DNA from: Malacoraja senta
Taxonomy: Eukaryota
Length of the DNA stretch: 64,000 nucleotides
Reading direction: 5' to 3'
NCBI GenBank assembly: GCA_038087875.1
Contig: CM075977.1
Span: 236,282,001 to 236,346,000, forward strand
Shown here: piece by piece, positions 61,590-64,000 of the stretch
Layout: each line of letters starts with the position of its first letter
How positions within the stretch are numbered: the first letter of the stretch is position 1
Made by a program: the position numbers and the translations under genes
The notes under the pieces: model-generated
Told to the model about the DNA's origin: nothing
What the model saw: the letters and a program-made list of their open reading frames with translations, nothing else
The model's database searches: none

Positions 61590-61810
61590 TCCTCCAACTG
61601 ATTCTTCTACAATCCCATAATTAATTAATTTAACAACTTGCATGTGTTTGGGATGTGGGAAGAAACAGGAGTCACATGGGGAAAACCCACAGTCGCAGGG
61701 AGGATGGGAAAAATCCCCCACACAGAGGTCAGCATTAAACTTGAGTTGCTGAAAATATGAGACAGTTGCAACACTTGCAGTGCATATCACTGCCCACAGT
61801 GCAGCCATGT
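61590..61810 (-). mobile_element. Decayed HE1-type SINE
   Basis: TTTGGGATGTGGGAAGAAAC...GAAAACCCAC (reverse V-domain). Confidence 0.7.
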
Positions 61811-61884
61811 CCCTTTGTTTTAAGAGAAACCAGTCACTTGTAACAGAAACTTTCGTAACATGCTACTTCACAAACTACCTGGCT

Positions 61885-62015
61885 ATCGACCTTGCAATCT
61901 ACTATGCGCCTCATCTGCAGAAAAGTCTGTATTTCCCACATTGGCCTGAGTAGCCACGTTAAAGCCCACACAAATGCACTCTGCCTCAAGCCTGAGGAAC
62001 TGCATTAGAAAAAAA
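61885..62015 (+). mobile_element. RTE LINE 3' remnant
   Basis: LICRKVCISHIGLSSHVKAH, an RTE C2H2 finger. Confidence 0.6.
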
Positions 62016-62309
62016 CATGTTTTAAAAGACTGAATTTTTTGACAGGGAGCATCACTGGTGATATAATATCCAAATTGTTAATTGAGATACTGCACTATTG
62101 ATTGTTGTAATTACATCATGTAAACACTACAATTAAATAGTGGGTATTGATAGGTTTGTGTGGTGCTAATAGGTGGTTTTTCTCCAGTTGTATTTTGTAA
62201 CTTCCCTCTCATGATTTCCTGTGTTGTTTATCATGTTGTAATATCTAATTCTTTACCCAAAATTGATTAAAACCCTTTCTGAAAAATCATTAAAATTAAT
62301 AAAACATTC

Positions 62310-64000
62310 TTTATTTATTAATTATTTTTTTTAATTTATATGACATAATACATTTATTGTACAGCTTCAATTTTAATTTTAGCAAAGATGAAATAGAAAA
62401 AGGGAGAAAGAGCAAAAAGGAAGAAAATGAAAGAGAAAATGATTGTGTAAGAATAGAACCCCTAAACTACCAAATGAGTGTAGTCGAAGAGTAAGTAAAA
62501 GAAATAGGAAAAACGTAAAGAAATAAAAAAAAAAAAACTTAAAGAAAAAAAAAAAGTGTTGATATACCTGCTTCATTTCTCTCCCCACCCATCACCCAGT
62601 CCGTAAATCGGTTTAATTCCGAACTTGTGTTGCACCATACTATCCTTGTAATGAATCAATGAATGGAATCCATGTCTTCGAAAATTGCTCTGATTTTCCT
62701 CTAAGACAAGTCTCATATTTTCAAGATGTAGCCTCAGACATGTTTGTAATCCACATTTTAAGAGTAGGGGCAGATGTATTTTTCCAAAATTTAAGTATGT
62801 TTTTTTGCCATTATCAGGCCATAATTAAGGAAACGTCTTTGAAATATTGATAGCTCAGGGCAGGCTTCTGCTGTTCCGAAAATAATTAGTTCCGTATAGG
62901 GGTCCAGTTTTGTTTTTAATGTTTTGGGGAAAATTTCAAAGATTCCTTTCCAAAAGTTATGTAGTTTTATGCAAGAGGCAAAGGAATGTGTTGCTTCTTG
63001 AAGGAGACATTTGTCACAAATAGGAGATATATTTGAAAAAATTATTCAGTTTAGTCTTTGAGTAGTAGAGTCTGTGCAGTATTTTGAATTGGATTAAAAT
63101 GTGTCTAACATTAATCGAACAATTATGTATATATAAAAGATATTTTTCCCATCTGTCTTTGGAAAGTTTTAGGCCTAATTCCTCTTCCCATTCTCTTCTA
63201 ATTGCGTCTGACGATGGAATTTCTATATTTAGAAGGGTATTATACAAGTATGATGTTAGATTGTTTGACTGAATTTCTATTCATACCTTCGTCTAATATA
63301 TCTGGCAGCAAAGTTTGATAATCATGGGTATATGTTTTCAAATAATCTCGAATTTGAAGATATCTAAAATATTGATTACCTTTCAGACTGAATTTCGACT
63401 GTAATTTCTGAAATGATAGGAGATTTCCCATCTCGTACAGATCTCCAAGCTTTTTAATTCCTAGTCTTTCCCAATAAGTAAACATTATATCTATAATAGA
63501 TGGCTTAAACGATGGGTTATTAGCTATTGGTGAAAGAAGAGATAAATTTCTTAGTTTAAAAGTTGATTTTACTTCTCTCCAGGTTTGTAAAGTGTTGTGA
63601 ATAATCGGATTTTTCTCATATAATGTGTTCTTCAACTTTGTTGGGGAGAGAAGAATCGCGCCTATATTAAAAGGCGAGCAATCCTCTCTCTCCATTATTA
63701 ACCAGTCTACCTGTTGGCATGTGTTATCCAGCCATTAAATTACATTTTTAATATTTGTTGCCCAATAATAGTATAAGAAATTGGGGAGAGCCAATCCACC
63801 CATTTCTTTGGGTTTACATAGATGTTGTTTATGAATTTTATGTGTTTTATAATCCCAGATAAAGTTTGTAATCCGGGAATCAAGATTTAAAAAAAAAATT
63901 TAGGTAGGTATATCGGTAATGATTGAAATAAATAGAGAATTTGTGGGAGGAAAATCATTTTTATGGCATTTATTCTGCCTATTAGAGACATCGGAAGTGT
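62310..64000 (-). mobile_element. L1-clade LINE 3' part (ORF2 C-terminus + 3' UTR), continues beyond window
   Basis: GGLALPNFLYYYWA, NPIIHNTLQTW, YFRYLQIRDY, IQFKILHRLYYSK, CDKC...HSFASC..L.NFW. Confidence 0.9.

Overview
Vertebrate, non-genic, repeat-dense window. The repeat complement (HE1-type V-SINEs, abundant CR1 LINEs with skate/shark-type 3' tails, Rex1/Babar LINEs, Penelope pLTRs) points to a cartilaginous fish, probably a skate or ray (inference). I recognise no host protein-coding exon; every interpretable ORF is transposon-derived. Main elements: a near-full-length CR1 with an intact esterase ORF1 (46122-50590, -); a two-LTR BEL/Pao retrotransposon with two nested insertions (26783-35281, -); a rearranged class I ERV (pol, env tail, LTR) interrupted by an esterase-ORF1 L2 (7325-13311, -); several Rex1/Babar copies; a solo LTR; a Harbinger-type deletion derivative with TTAA/AGG ends; hAT-like MITEs; an L1 3' end; and two assembly gaps. 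The most notable signal is a set of short non-autonomous retroelements carrying self-cleaving-ribozyme folds: a minimal HDV-like ribozyme in a ~140-bp Vingi/Ingi-type element, an HDV-like core in a bipartite RTE derivative, and many minimal hammerhead motifs in TSD-flanked, sometimes palindromic Penelope pLTR units. There is also a GC-rich SINE-like family with a Rex1-type tail and a nested foldback palindrome. These element classes are known; whether the specific families are undescribed cannot be established without database searches. Boundaries of old repeats are approximate.
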